DNA of 53,687 nucleotides from a virus (lineage: Duplodnaviria > Caudoviricetes). Under the pieces are notes generated by a model. The model made no database searches and was not told the origin of the DNA. It saw only the letters and a program-made list of their open reading frames with translations. The stretch spans positions 1-53,687 of the IMG/VR virus record IMGVR_UViG_3300036827_000021. The stretch is one strand, 5' to 3'. The translations under genes and the position numbers were made by a program. This document shows, one piece after another, positions 34,697 through 44,359 of this stretch; position 1 is the first letter of the stretch, and every line of letters begins with the position of its first letter.

Positions 34697-34903
34697 ATGC
34701 ACGGACTACCCAAGCCAGTCTGGCTTACCAGCACTGAACGAACTGTGCTGAGGGACATCCTGACGCTCCACATCGAGCAGCAACACTCAACGTTGCCGTT
34801 GATGGGTAAGGACCATCAGTTGTCGCATGACGACCTGGTCTCTACGCTCGATTGTGTCGAGGACGACGTCGAGACAGCAAAGGGGGTGATGGCAAAACTA
34901 TGA
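34697..34903 (+). CDS. Hypothetical protein
   Basis: Strong SD, downstream of the promoter. Confidence 0.6.
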   Translation: MHGLPKPVWLTSTERTVLRDILTLHIEQQHSTLPLMGKDHQLSHDDLVSTLDCVEDDVETAKGVMAKL

Positions 34904-35367
34904 CTACAGCTACCCCTATCGCGGATGTTTCCGCTTCGGAAGAGAAGGCCCTACCAGCTCTCTTTGAACACTGCCAGAACGTGTACAAGGCAATGTTCGA
35001 GGTCGCAGAGCCTGATGATGTTGGCGATCTCATTTACAAGGGCTTCCTAACCCGCCTGATCACGACGCAGCTTAGTCTGTCGGGTCCGCACTACACCTGG
35101 TGTATGCAGCGACTCAAGGCAATGGGTTGTGTCCGACAGCTGCGACGTGGGGGGTCGACCTCGCCCAGTGAGTGGATGTTGTTCACGGAACCCACAGAGG
35201 CATTGTTCCGTGCGACTGAAGACAAGACCACACGGCGCAATTCCGGAGACCGCATTGGTCAGTTGCGTGACGAGCTCGTACTCACCAACCAGAAGGTCAA
35301 CACGCTCGAGACCGAGCTACAGAAGGTCAAGCAGGCGCTCTTTGATCTGCTTGGAGAGGAGAAGTAA
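34900..35367 (+). CDS. Putative winged-helix protein with coiled-coil tail
   Basis: LSLSGPHYTWCMQRLKAMGCVRQLRRGG..SPSEW; ATGA overlap. Confidence 0.6.
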   Translation: MTTATPIADVSASEEKALPALFEHCQNVYKAMFEVAEPDDVGDLIYKGFLTRLITTQLSLSGPHYTWCMQRLKAMGCVRQLRRGGSTSPSEWMLFTEPTEALFRATEDKTTRRNSGDRIGQLRDELVLTNQKVNTLETELQKVKQALFDLLGEEK

Positions 35368-35570
35368 TGGACGGTTACGAAGGTGTCCGAGAAGTCACGC
35401 CGTCAGGCACACTCGCCATCGAGGTCGAAATCTCGTTGGCAGAAGGTACTACCATAGAAGACGTGATGGACGACATCAGGTCAGCAACGCTCGCCGTGGG
35501 TGTCGGTATGCAGACCCAAGACGGCAAGGACTACGAGGTCAACTACGTCGAGGTGCATCAGACATCATGA
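35367..35570 (+). CDS. Small acidic hypothetical protein
   Basis: TAATG coupling with an upstream SD. Confidence 0.6.
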   Translation: MDGYEGVREVTPSGTLAIEVEISLAEGTTIEDVMDDIRSATLAVGVGMQTQDGKDYEVNYVEVHQTS

Positions 35571-35959
35571 CCGAATCTGTGGAAAGCACCTACGAAGAGG
35601 CAACGCGCTGTCCCAAGTGCCGTAAGCCTGGCGAGGTCACTCGTAAGGACAAGACAGGTAAGCAGTCGAGGCTGCCTAAGGGCACCATGGTGCACACTGT
35701 GTACTGTCGAAACCAGATCTGCCCTTGGCTTGACACCTGCTGGCTGGTGCAGGTCAACAAGGACGGCACCGTACCGCCTCCCACAAACCACAAGGGGCAG
35801 GCCAAGATCTACCCCACTGAGCGCTTCAAGGACCATGACGAGATGGCCAAGCGTGTGGTCGATGCTCTACATCAGGAACTGGATCGGTCTACGGACTTCG
35901 ACAAGCTTGGACGTACACCAGGTCAGGCACATGAGATCCCGAACCCAGGTGCACGGTGA
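35567..35959 (+). CDS. Zinc-ribbon protein
   Basis: RCPKCRKPG...YCRNQICPW; ATGA overlap. Confidence 0.65.
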   Translation: MTESVESTYEEATRCPKCRKPGEVTRKDKTGKQSRLPKGTMVHTVYCRNQICPWLDTCWLVQVNKDGTVPPPTNHKGQAKIYPTERFKDHDEMAKRVVDALHQELDRSTDFDKLGRTPGQAHEIPNPGAR

Positions 35960-36312
35960 CGGTTCCCGCCGACCACCCGATGGTCGACAAGTATGTGCGC
36001 CCTTCCGACGTGCTGATCGTAGGTGCTCGGATCACCGACGATGTGGTGAGGACGCTCCGTACCATCGTCGAGCCGCACCTAGAAGCCGCGATCCGCGCTG
36101 ACGAGCGACGGCTCGCTCTCGCCGTCATGTCTCCCGACGCTGTGCCCGGCCCCGTCCGGGACGCGATCGAGGCCCAAGTACACGCCGAGTACGACGAACG
36201 AATCGACGCGGCAATCGAGTGGGGCCGTGCACACGCGGAGGAGATCAGCGTCTTGCCCCTCTTCCGAGCGCTCGGCGTCATGCCTCCCGCTCGCGGTGAA
36301 GGAGGACAGTAA
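35956..36312 (+). CDS. Hypothetical protein
   Basis: GTGA overlap, GC-rich. Confidence 0.55.
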   Translation: MTVPADHPMVDKYVRPSDVLIVGARITDDVVRTLRTIVEPHLEAAIRADERRLALAVMSPDAVPGPVRDAIEAQVHAEYDERIDAAIEWGRAHAEEISVLPLFRALGVMPPARGEGGQ

Positions 36313-36701
36313 TGGGATTTGGTGTTCAGACTAAAGCGTTCTACCCAGAAGTCTGGGACCCTGCTATCGGAGCGTGGGTCAAAGCCAAACGCATCAACAT
36401 GACTGGCAACATCATCGTGTGTCAGAGCATGCATGCAGCGGCTAAGGAGGCCGAGCGCGTAGCGAGGCAGATGGACTATCCCAAGTGGCGCGTGGTCAAC
36501 AGAGAGGGCTACGAGATCACTGTACCCGACCCTAGTACCAACGCAGGCAACATTGCACACGCCAAGCTACGTACGGAGCATCGGAAGCCTGGCAGGAAGC
36601 GTAGTCAGTGGTCCATGCTCAAGGAAGCAACACAGCAGCGGTATCTACGAGCTGGGATCACACCTGAACAGTACGATGCAGGAAAGCGTATCCTCAAGTA
36701 G
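36312..36701 (+). CDS. Hypothetical basic protein
   Basis: SD GGAGG; C-terminal WSMLKEATQQRYLRAGITPEQYDAG. Confidence 0.6.
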   Translation: MGFGVQTKAFYPEVWDPAIGAWVKAKRINMTGNIIVCQSMHAAAKEAERVARQMDYPKWRVVNREGYEITVPDPSTNAGNIAHAKLRTEHRKPGRKRSQWSMLKEATQQRYLRAGITPEQYDAGKRILK

Positions 36702-36799
36702 GTCTCTCTGCAAGTCTAACTCACTCGTACCCTCGTGGTATATATGGCTGTAGAGGTGATGGTAAAAACCTATTAGACTCAAAAGGACAAGGTCTAACA
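36702..36799 (-). repeat. 98-bp three-box element, copy B (inverted relative to 376-473)
   Basis: The reverse complement matches copy A at element positions 1-14, 18-30, 32-35, 56-61 and 80-98, with no gaps. Confidence 0.9.
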
Positions 36800-36834
36800 G
36801 CTAGTCTCAATCAAACAGACCTTCAAGTAAACCG

Positions 36835-36864
36835 TTGATATGTCAAGCGGGGTCAGCGTATAAT
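36835..36864 (+). promoter_or_regulatory. Sigma-A-like promoter
   Basis: TTGATA-TGTCAAGC-GGGGTC-AGCG-TATAAT. Confidence 0.7.
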
Positions 36865-36908
36865 TATTACATAAGGCATTTAGTCTAGGCACACAAGGGG
36901 GTGCTTAC

Positions 36909-37088
36909 ATGGCTACGTTTGTAGACGACAACAACAACAAGGTAAAGGCTGTCACTGCAGAGCAACATGCACTCGACAACCCTGGTCACATAGTGACAGT
37001 GCAAGCAAGACGCACGAGGTCGAAGTTCTTCATGCTCATCACTGCTTGTCACAGTTGTGCGTGGTGGAACGAAGAAGGCTACAAGTGA
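36909..37088 (+). CDS. Small hypothetical protein (59 aa, CxxC; not in the ORF track)
   Basis: SD AAGGGGGTG; MATFVDDNNN...ACHSCAWWNEEGYK*. Confidence 0.5.
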   Translation: MATFVDDNNNKVKAVTAEQHALDNPGHIVTVQARRTRSKFFMLITACHSCAWWNEEGYK

Positions 37089-37378
37089 CGGCTCCTCACG
37101 TACACGCTGACAGCGAAGCGCTGAGGCGACAGATCGAAGAGGACGAACTAGACGACAAGCTCGAACTAGCCCTCGGTGGCATCATCAAGATGACGGTGAT
37201 CGAGTATGCTAAGACTCGGAGTCGAAAGACAGGCATGCTCATTGCACCTCAAAACGTGTACTACTACATTCGATCAGGGAAGATCGATCAAGAGGTCTGC
37301 ATCTGTGGACGTAAGGTTATCGACGTGAAGTCTGCAGACGACTTCTTCAATGCCCTAGACAAGAAGGGTAAAACGTGA
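37085..37378 (+). CDS. HTH (Xis/MerR-like) DNA-binding protein
   Basis: MTVIEYAK.......IAPQNVYYYIRSGKI.....CGRKVID. Confidence 0.65.
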   Translation: MTAPHVHADSEALRRQIEEDELDDKLELALGGIIKMTVIEYAKTRSRKTGMLIAPQNVYYYIRSGKIDQEVCICGRKVIDVKSADDFFNALDKKGKT

Positions 37379-37701
37379 GTACCTACCAATCGACACTACC
37401 CCGTGTCTTTCCATGGGGGCTTGCACTAAAGCCAGTAGCAGTTGCCTTCTTGGTGAAGACGCTACTCGACCCGCGTCTACGTGCTGACGTGGAACAGGGA
37501 AGCTCGTTCGCAGTAACAGTTGACAACTGGAACGGAACATGGAACCTCTGGCTATCAGAAGTCAGCTACAACTTCCTGCTCGAGGGGAACTACTTTGTCG
37601 AAGCCGACCGACTCGCCTACCCACAACCCCGAAGCGAGGACGTACAACCCGAGGTACAGGAGACGGAAGAGGTATCAAGGCGCGACTTGGGCACCAGCTG
37701 A
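37375..37701 (+). CDS. Hypothetical protein
   Basis: GTGA overlap with an upstream SD. Confidence 0.5.
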   Translation: MSTYQSTLPRVFPWGLALKPVAVAFLVKTLLDPRLRADVEQGSSFAVTVDNWNGTWNLWLSEVSYNFLLEGNYFVEADRLAYPQPRSEDVQPEVQETEEVSRRDLGTS

Positions 37702-37893
37702 CACAAGTGCTGCACTAGGCGATGGTGTCTGGTGCAAGGCGTGCAAGATACGACATGGCTACAAGAACGCCATGGACGTGAACTACTTCTACAACACAGT
37801 GTCAAAGTTGTGGGAGATCCACTGGTCTTGTAAGAAGACAGGTAACGTTCTTGACATCACTGACAAGAACACATTCAGTCCTAAGGAGGACAA

Positions 37894-38448
37894 GTGACAG
37901 ACCACAGCCAACACAACGAGCAGCTGACTGGACACGAAGTGACCTTCAACGAGCGTGAGAAGGAAGCGCTGCTCGAAGTACACCCTGAGCTGGCAGAGCA
38001 CCTTCAGGTCAATTCCGGACCTGAGCGTGAGGCAGCCTTGGAGCGAGCCAAGGAAATCTGGGACATTGGCGTTGAAGACCTTCGTGCAAAGCTTGGTGAA
38101 GGTATCATGTACGAACCCTTCACAGACATCGCTACGTACATCACTCGCTTCGCACAAGAACGCATGGCTTTAGCCACCATCCAGGCCTTGCTGACTGGTG
38201 GTGGCAGTAACAGTGCATCAGAACGTGAGGTCATCCGTGTCCAGCAGGAGATCATCATGACACAACTCCAGACAGCCCTGGTAGCCGGCTATCGCTACGG
38301 ACAAGCTGGTGGCGACCTCGGTGAGATCAAGGCAATGGAGATCGACCTTGCCAAGGATTGTGGCAACGAGCGTTGCCCTATTCACCACCCACAGGATGGG
38401 CATGATGTCAAGACCATCAACCCCGACAAGACAGGGATGTACCTCTAA
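37894..38448 (+). CDS. Hypothetical protein
   Basis: SD AAGGAGG; C-terminal CGNERCPIH. Confidence 0.65.
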   Translation: MTDHSQHNEQLTGHEVTFNEREKEALLEVHPELAEHLQVNSGPEREAALERAKEIWDIGVEDLRAKLGEGIMYEPFTDIATYITRFAQERMALATIQALLTGGGSNSASEREVIRVQQEIIMTQLQTALVAGYRYGQAGGDLGEIKAMEIDLAKDCGNERCPIHHPQDGHDVKTINPDKTGMYL

Positions 38449-38687
38449 TGCCCAGTCAGGCATCGTACGCCAACGCCATCAATGAAACCAAGGCCAAGAA
38501 TGCAGCACAGAAACCCAAGAGGCCTGCACCCAACCGCATCCCTCTGACTAAGGTGGACAACCACTACATCGGCGGGAAGTGCCTAGGGTGTGGCGGTTCA
38601 TGTGAGGTCTGGTTCAACTACCAGCTATGCAGGATCTGTGTCAACATTCGACCCAACGCAGTCACAGGTCCCGGCTACACCTCCTAA
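38448..38687 (+). CDS. Small zinc-finger protein
   Basis: CLGC...LCRIC. Confidence 0.55.
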   Translation: MPSQASYANAINETKAKNAAQKPKRPAPNRIPLTKVDNHYIGGKCLGCGGSCEVWFNYQLCRICVNIRPNAVTGPGYTS

Positions 38688-38739
38688 CCAGCGTGTGGTC
38701 TTTGTTCAATAGCGCAGGCGTTTCCTGAAAGGAAGCTAC

Positions 38740-40344
38740 ATGACCTTCAACCTATATGACTTCCAGAAGGAAGACGTCGAGAAGCTGGCTGAGCAACGTG
38801 GTGCCATGATTGGTACTGAGATGGGTGCGGGCAAAACACATGAAGGTATTGCCCTCGATGAGCTCTGGAATCCCAAAGCGGAAAAGCCAACCCTAGTCGT
38901 AGCTCCGTTGCGTACACACTCTTCATGGCAGGAGAAGTATGGCAGACAATCACCTTCCACCGATGTCGTTCTTATCAATCGTAAGAACCGAGGAGCCTTT
39001 GTCGACGCCATTGGGCGACCGACTAGAACGCGCCGTGGTGACGTATTCGTTATGCATTGGGACGCACTTCGTTTACTCAAGGGGCTATCTCAGGTCCCGC
39101 TGGGTGTGCTTATTGCCGACGAAGCGCATCGTGGTTCGAACCGAAAGGCTCAGGCGACCCAACACCTTCGGCGCCTTCGTGCAGAGCACCGCTTGGCGAT
39201 GTCAGGAACGCTTACAGGCGATAAGCCAGAAGGCATCCAGCAGATCCTCAAATTCATCCGACCAGGAGACCTCGAGTTCAGCTCGTATGACAGGTTCATA
39301 AAGAAGTACACCAAGCGGGCCAAGATTGAAGATCCTTCAGGCGATACGTCTGGGTATACCAGGTTCCTTTCCTACGAGGAAATGCTCGACACAGACGCTG
39401 ACTGGTATGAGCCTGATATGGCGGAGGACTTCCTCAAGCACCTCCGTGAGCTACATGAACGCATTGCACCGTACTATGTACGACACCTCAAGCATGAGCA
39501 GTGCTGTGAACATCATCCTGAAGGAGTCATGCCATGGCTTCCGGAGAAGACGTACGACATGATGTGGGTGGACCTCAACCCGACCCAGAAGCGCATGTAC
39601 GATCAGATGCGCAAGGACATGGTGGCTTGGGTTGGGGAGCACGAAGCATCACCACTGGTTGCTTCAGTCGTCGTCGCACAGATGACACGTCTAAGTCAGA
39701 TTGCGCTTGCTACGCCACGCTTAGATACCACCTTCGTCAGAAAGCGCGACATGGAAGAGGGTGGGTGGCTTATCAACCCTGACACGAACGACGAGTACTG
39801 GGAGAAGGAGGTAGTCAACCTTGAAGAGCCATCCTCCAAAATCGATGCAGTCACTGATCTTATCCGTGATAACGGGTCGAAGCAGTTTGTGGTCTACTCG
39901 TCGAGCAAGAAGGCTTGCTATCTGGCTCAATCGCGATGGGAGAACCTTGGGATATCCACCAGAGTTATTAGTGGTGACTCGTCAGAATGGGACAATCAGC
40001 ATTTTACTACATCGTTCGCAAATGGGGACTTCCAAGTTTGCATCGGAGTTATCGAGGCAATTGCCGAGGGGGTGGATGGCCTTCAATATGCTACAGACAC
40101 AGGGATCTTCCTGGATCGTAGTTGGAAGACTGTCAAGAACATCCAAGCTGAGGATCGCCTATGGCGTGATGGTCAAGCCAATGCAGTACAGATCATTGAT
40201 GTCATGGCTCGAGGTACACTGGATTTCGGGCGCAAGACCAAGCTTGGGACAAAGTGGTCTGCGATCAAGAGGATGCTAGGCGATCCTAGTGCCTTGCAAC
40301 AAGAAGCTGCACAACACTACTTTGACGAGGAAGAGGTTGCATGA
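38740..40344 (+). CDS. SNF2-like superfamily 2 helicase
   Basis: LYDFQ, EMGAGKT, IADEAH, MSGT, EGVDGLQ and QAEDRLWRDGQ. Confidence 0.9.
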   Translation: MTFNLYDFQKEDVEKLAEQRGAMIGTEMGAGKTHEGIALDELWNPKAEKPTLVVAPLRTHSSWQEKYGRQSPSTDVVLINRKNRGAFVDAIGRPTRTRRGDVFVMHWDALRLLKGLSQVPLGVLIADEAHRGSNRKAQATQHLRRLRAEHRLAMSGTLTGDKPEGIQQILKFIRPGDLEFSSYDRFIKKYTKRAKIEDPSGDTSGYTRFLSYEEMLDTDADWYEPDMAEDFLKHLRELHERIAPYYVRHLKHEQCCEHHPEGVMPWLPEKTYDMMWVDLNPTQKRMYDQMRKDMVAWVGEHEASPLVASVVVAQMTRLSQIALATPRLDTTFVRKRDMEEGGWLINPDTNDEYWEKEVVNLEEPSSKIDAVTDLIRDNGSKQFVVYSSSKKACYLAQSRWENLGISTRVISGDSSEWDNQHFTTSFANGDFQVCIGVIEAIAEGVDGLQYATDTGIFLDRSWKTVKNIQAEDRLWRDGQANAVQIIDVMARGTLDFGRKTKLGTKWSAIKRMLGDPSALQQEAAQHYFDEEEVA

Positions 40345-40541
40345 TGAACCACAGCTACCACACTGAGGGCAGGACAAGCCTCGAAGCGTTCCACAAGGAC
40401 ATCAAGAGGCGCTTCGAACGCTACGGGCACGAGACAAGACTTCACTTCCATTCCTTCGGGCTGGAATGTACAGGCCACGAACACAAGGACTCAGAGAACG
40501 GTCTATTCATTGAAAAGAAGGTGGAGGAAAATGGACAGTGA
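40341..40541 (+). CDS. Small His-rich hypothetical protein
   Basis: ATGA overlap. Confidence 0.5.
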   Translation: MMNHSYHTEGRTSLEAFHKDIKRRFERYGHETRLHFHSFGLECTGHEHKDSENGLFIEKKVEENGQ

Positions 40542-40737
40542 GATACGTGTAATCAAGACGTACTACGCTGTAGTACGTTTCACTGCACAGGACGTAGAAA
40601 CTCTGAGGCGTATTACAACCGCATGGGCGGAGCAACAACGTTTACTGCCTGAGCCGAATAGTGAAGAAGGAGTGCTGGTTACCAAGCTTCGGGCGCTTAC
40701 AGTTCCTGCAAGGTGTGACAGTATGGATGATGACTGA
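40531..40737 (+). CDS. Hypothetical protein
   Basis: SD GGAGG before MDSEIRV. Confidence 0.55.
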   Translation: MDSEIRVIKTYYAVVRFTAQDVETLRRITTAWAEQQRLLPEPNSEEGVLVTKLRALTVPARCDSMDDD

Positions 40738-41291
40738 TGGCCGTATACGTACTGCTCTCCTTCGAGGACCAGGAAGAGGCTAAGGAATTCGTCAAGGAGC
40801 AGATCGACCCTAAGGGAACAACGTTCATTGGTGACATCTACATGGACGGTGCCGATCTTGGAGGCCTACGCCAGACATATCCAGAAGTGGTAGGGGTGTA
40901 CAGGAAGCCGTCCATGTTCTGTGATCAGGACCCCACAACCCACAGGCCGAACAAGTTCTGGTACAGGAGAGGTCAGAAGTACGGCTGGATGGTTTGTACC
41001 GTCTGTGGTAAGCCGTCGCCACGCAACCAGGCTGTGACAGGTCAGCATTGGGAGATGACGCTGGGTCGAAACCTACTACCACCAGAGCTCTGCACTGATC
41101 CAGAGTTCAACTACAGACTGCGGGGCGCCTCACCTGTGCAGTGGGATGACCTTTTGCCGGAGGGGACAACTCGCTATGTACCTGAGAAAGATGGACTGTA
41201 TGCATCCATCTTCGTGAATTGGGTACCTCCGTCTCCAGGGCAGAAAGAAACCTCTGACCCCGTTGACTCACCCGAGTCTTCCAATATATAA
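40737..41291 (+). CDS. Hypothetical protein with zinc-binding motif
   Basis: FCD....H...YGWMVCTVCGKP. Confidence 0.65.
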   Translation: MAVYVLLSFEDQEEAKEFVKEQIDPKGTTFIGDIYMDGADLGGLRQTYPEVVGVYRKPSMFCDQDPTTHRPNKFWYRRGQKYGWMVCTVCGKPSPRNQAVTGQHWEMTLGRNLLPPELCTDPEFNYRLRGASPVQWDDLLPEGTTRYVPEKDGLYASIFVNWVPPSPGQKETSDPVDSPESSNI

Positions 41292-41292
41292 T
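41263..41292 (+). promoter_or_regulatory. Sigma-A-like promoter for the recombination/replication operon
   Basis: TTGACT-N18-TATAAT. Confidence 0.75.
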
Positions 41293-41329
41293 TACTGTAT
41301 AGCTCCTCAACAAGCAAAGGCACACTTAC

Positions 41330-42628
41330 GTGACGCTTACTGTACAGGAATTGATCGACCTCAGGTTGTGTCATGAGATTCACACCTCCGAACGAAAGTC
41401 CTTCAGGGGCTGCCGTCGTCGCTGGGATTGGATCTTTCACCAACACTACTACCCACATATCACAGCCAAACCCCTGGAATTTGGTGTTGCGTACCACGCA
41501 GCCATGGAGGTCTACTACGACCCTGACACGTGGACGTGGGACCGAGAGGTAGTAGGCAATCTAGCCATCCAGAAGTTCAAGGACGTCTGCAACGAACAGA
41601 AGGCCAAGTTCCTCGACCTCACAGGCACTATGTTCCTTGACGACGAAGCTGACATCGACTACAAGGAACGTGTCGAGCTTGGCGAAGGCATGATGCAGTA
41701 TTACTTCAAGGAAGTTGCCCCAATCAAGGACAAAGGCTTCAAGCCTGTCAAGGTAGAAGTCAAGTTCATGGTCGCGATCCAGAACCCCCTTACTGGGGAA
41801 GAAGCCATCTGGTGCAAGTGCGACGAGTGCTGGGACAAGTGGAAGGCACATCCAGGCTATGTCGAATGGCGTACTAACTGTGAAGACCTGTACAGGCAAG
41901 ACAACCTCGGTGCTTCGCTCTCTGAAGCAACCCATGAAGCTCTCTACCGACAAGAGCGTTGGCTAGGACTGCCTGTAGTCTATGCCGGGCGCTGTGACAT
42001 GTTGGCCATTGATGAGCTTGGCAACTACTGGATCTATGACTGGAAGACTGCAGCACAGATCCGTGAGGACAAGGACTTCCTGTACCTCGACGACCAGGTA
42101 GGTTCGTACGTCTGGGCACTTCGCAAGATCGGCATCAATGTCATCGGGTTTGTCTACGTCGAGATGAAAAAGGGCTTCCCGATGCCTCCCAAGCAGAACA
42201 AGAACAGGCGCCTTGGCCGTATGTTCAGTGTGGCTCAGAACCAAGACACTGACTATGAACACTACGTGCGCACTGTCATGTTCGAAGATGCAGATGCATT
42301 CGAACAGGGCCTATACGATGACTACCTGAACTACCTTCGTGAAGAGGGTACTGTGTTCCACCGTCGCTCCGAAGTGACGAAGACTCAGGACGAGTTCGAA
42401 GAGCTCGAGATCAATATCGGTCTCGAAGCGCTCGAGATGATCAACCCCAACCTTGCGATGTACCCCAACCCTGGTAGGTTTAGTTGCAAGACGTGTGCCT
42501 TCTTCGAACCCTGTGTGGAGAAGAACACACGTGGTGACTACAAGTTCCTTCTTGACACTATGTTTGATGTCAAGGAGCACTACTACGTCCGACAGGACGC
42601 TTCGACTGACACGAAGGGTGGGGAGTAA
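41330..42628 (+). CDS. PD-(D/E)XK Cas4/RecB-like exonuclease
   Basis: HTSERKSFRGCRRRW, FGVAYH, GRCDML...IYDWKT, QVGSY and C-terminal CKTCAFFEPC. Confidence 0.85.
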   Translation: MTLTVQELIDLRLCHEIHTSERKSFRGCRRRWDWIFHQHYYPHITAKPLEFGVAYHAAMEVYYDPDTWTWDREVVGNLAIQKFKDVCNEQKAKFLDLTGTMFLDDEADIDYKERVELGEGMMQYYFKEVAPIKDKGFKPVKVEVKFMVAIQNPLTGEEAIWCKCDECWDKWKAHPGYVEWRTNCEDLYRQDNLGASLSEATHEALYRQERWLGLPVVYAGRCDMLAIDELGNYWIYDWKTAAQIREDKDFLYLDDQVGSYVWALRKIGINVIGFVYVEMKKGFPMPPKQNKNRRLGRMFSVAQNQDTDYEHYVRTVMFEDADAFEQGLYDDYLNYLREEGTVFHRRSEVTKTQDEFEELEINIGLEALEMINPNLAMYPNPGRFSCKTCAFFEPCVEKNTRGDYKFLLDTMFDVKEHYYVRQDASTDTKGGE

Positions 42629-42967
42629 GTGCCTTCCCAACATTGGTATGAAACGGAACAAGAGTTTGTCGAGCGAAGACTCCTTGCTAAGCGTACTATT
42701 CAACAGGGCAGCACTCTTGTCACTACTCCCTGTTGGTTATGGGAAGGGTACCTGAACCACAAAGGGTATGGATTTATTTACCTCGACTACAAACGTTATT
42801 TCGTACATAGAGTTTCGTTCGAACTCTATAAAGGTCCAATTCCAGATGGTCTAGAACCTGACCATTTGTGTATGGTGCATAGGTGTTTCTATCCTGAACA
42901 CCTAGAAGCGGTAACGCATGCTGTGAATGTACAACGTGCGTTTGATACAGCTCGAGGAGGTGAATAA
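42629..42967 (+). CDS. HNH homing endonuclease
   Basis: CWLWEG..NHKGYG.......HRVSFELYKGPIPDGLEPDHLC..HRCFYPEHLEAVTHAVN. Confidence 0.9.
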   Translation: MPSQHWYETEQEFVERRLLAKRTIQQGSTLVTTPCWLWEGYLNHKGYGFIYLDYKRYFVHRVSFELYKGPIPDGLEPDHLCMVHRCFYPEHLEAVTHAVNVQRAFDTARGGE

Positions 42968-43820
42968 CATTCCAGGAACACTGACAGCCACCAGTTTGGG
43001 TGGACTCGAGGTCGTGAAGGTACAAGACGAACGAGGGTTCATCAACTGGTTGATCTATGGGGAATCCGGGATCGGTAAGACGACGCTTGCAGGATCATGT
43101 GACATGGTCGAACTACTGCAACCCGTCATCTTCATCGACATCGAAGGAGGTACCCAGTCGCTCGAAGACGTGTACCCCAATGTGCAGAAGGTGCGCGTTA
43201 CGTCGTGGCCAGAGATGCAACAGGTGTACCACGACCTCTACATGGGTGGTCATCCATGGAGAACCATCGTGCTTGACTCGCTTACGGAGATCCAGCGCTT
43301 CAACATGGAACATGTCATGCAGAAGGCGCAAGAGAAGTCGGACGACCGTAAGGGATTCGATCCCGATGTACCTGCACAGCGTGACTGGGGCGTGAGCTCT
43401 AGTCAGTTGAAGAGGATGATTCGTGGGTTCCGTGACCTACCGATGAATACCATCTTCACTGCACTAGCCCAGGAACGTCAGGACAAGAAGACAGGAAGGG
43501 TATCAATTCTACCTGACCTGCCTGGTAAGTTGGCACAGCAAGTGCCCGGTCTACTCGACATCGTGTCGTACTACTATCTCAAGGACCTCGGCGACGAGGG
43601 CGTTGATGGGTATGACGGAGAACAGCGAATTCTCCTGAACGACAAGACCGAGAAGATCATGGCCAAGTCGCGTGTGGGTAAGTTACCACAGACAGTGATT
43701 GCGCCAACGATGCCACAGCTGTTCAAGCTCATGTACGAAGGTCGGCAAGTTCCGACACCGCGAGACCTCGCCAGCGATGAGTCTGACGAGACACCTGTGA
43801 CCAGTGAAATGGTCCTGTAA
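42960..43820 (+). CDS. AAA_24 (Sak4-like) ATPase; start uncertain
   Basis: LIYGESGIGKTT, FIDIEGG and TIVLDSLTE; upstream of the DUF669 SSB gene. Confidence 0.85.
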   Translation: MNNIPGTLTATSLGGLEVVKVQDERGFINWLIYGESGIGKTTLAGSCDMVELLQPVIFIDIEGGTQSLEDVYPNVQKVRVTSWPEMQQVYHDLYMGGHPWRTIVLDSLTEIQRFNMEHVMQKAQEKSDDRKGFDPDVPAQRDWGVSSSQLKRMIRGFRDLPMNTIFTALAQERQDKKTGRVSILPDLPGKLAQQVPGLLDIVSYYYLKDLGDEGVDGYDGEQRILLNDKTEKIMAKSRVGKLPQTVIAPTMPQLFKLMYEGRQVPTPRDLASDESDETPVTSEMVL

Positions 43821-43831
43821 GGGGAGTACCC

Positions 43832-44359
43832 ATGTCAGAGTACGACGACAACATCTACATCGACTTCACCGACGATGAGGCCTCCAGTGAGGGCAGGTCG
43901 TATCAGCCACTTCCGAGTGGTGAGTACGACGTGTTCGTCACCGAGATCGAACGTCGTGAGGTCAGCAAGGGCGACAATGAGGGCAAGCCCTACTGGAACG
44001 TGATGCTCACAGTCAATGGCGGTGAGTACGACAACCGCAAGCTGTTCACGTCCATCATGCTCTTCAGCATTCCTGGCAAGAACGTGCTCTTCAAGCTGGC
44101 ACAGCTGCTCAAGGCAACCGGGTTCGCCGAGGACGTTCGTGGCATCAAGCAGGTGCCACCGGCCGAGGAGCTCGAGGGTCGCGAGGCAGTCGCCATTGTC
44201 GTGCGCAAGCGTGACAAGTACAAGGAAGAGAACGAGGGCCAGCCGGGCGAGCGCCTCTACAAGAACGAGGTGAACGGCTTCAAGGCTGCAGGCACTGCGG
44301 GTACTGCCACTCAGGGTGGACCTCGCGTGGCGTCTGGGGCCGGCTCGATTCTGCCGTAA
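43832..44359 (+). CDS. DUF669-like single-stranded DNA-binding protein
   Basis: YQPLPSGEYDV.VTEIE...GKPYWNV......GEYDNRKLF...NEVNGF. Confidence 0.8.
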   Translation: MSEYDDNIYIDFTDDEASSEGRSYQPLPSGEYDVFVTEIERREVSKGDNEGKPYWNVMLTVNGGEYDNRKLFTSIMLFSIPGKNVLFKLAQLLKATGFAEDVRGIKQVPPAEELEGREAVAIVVRKRDKYKEENEGQPGERLYKNEVNGFKAAGTAGTATQGGPRVASGAGSILP

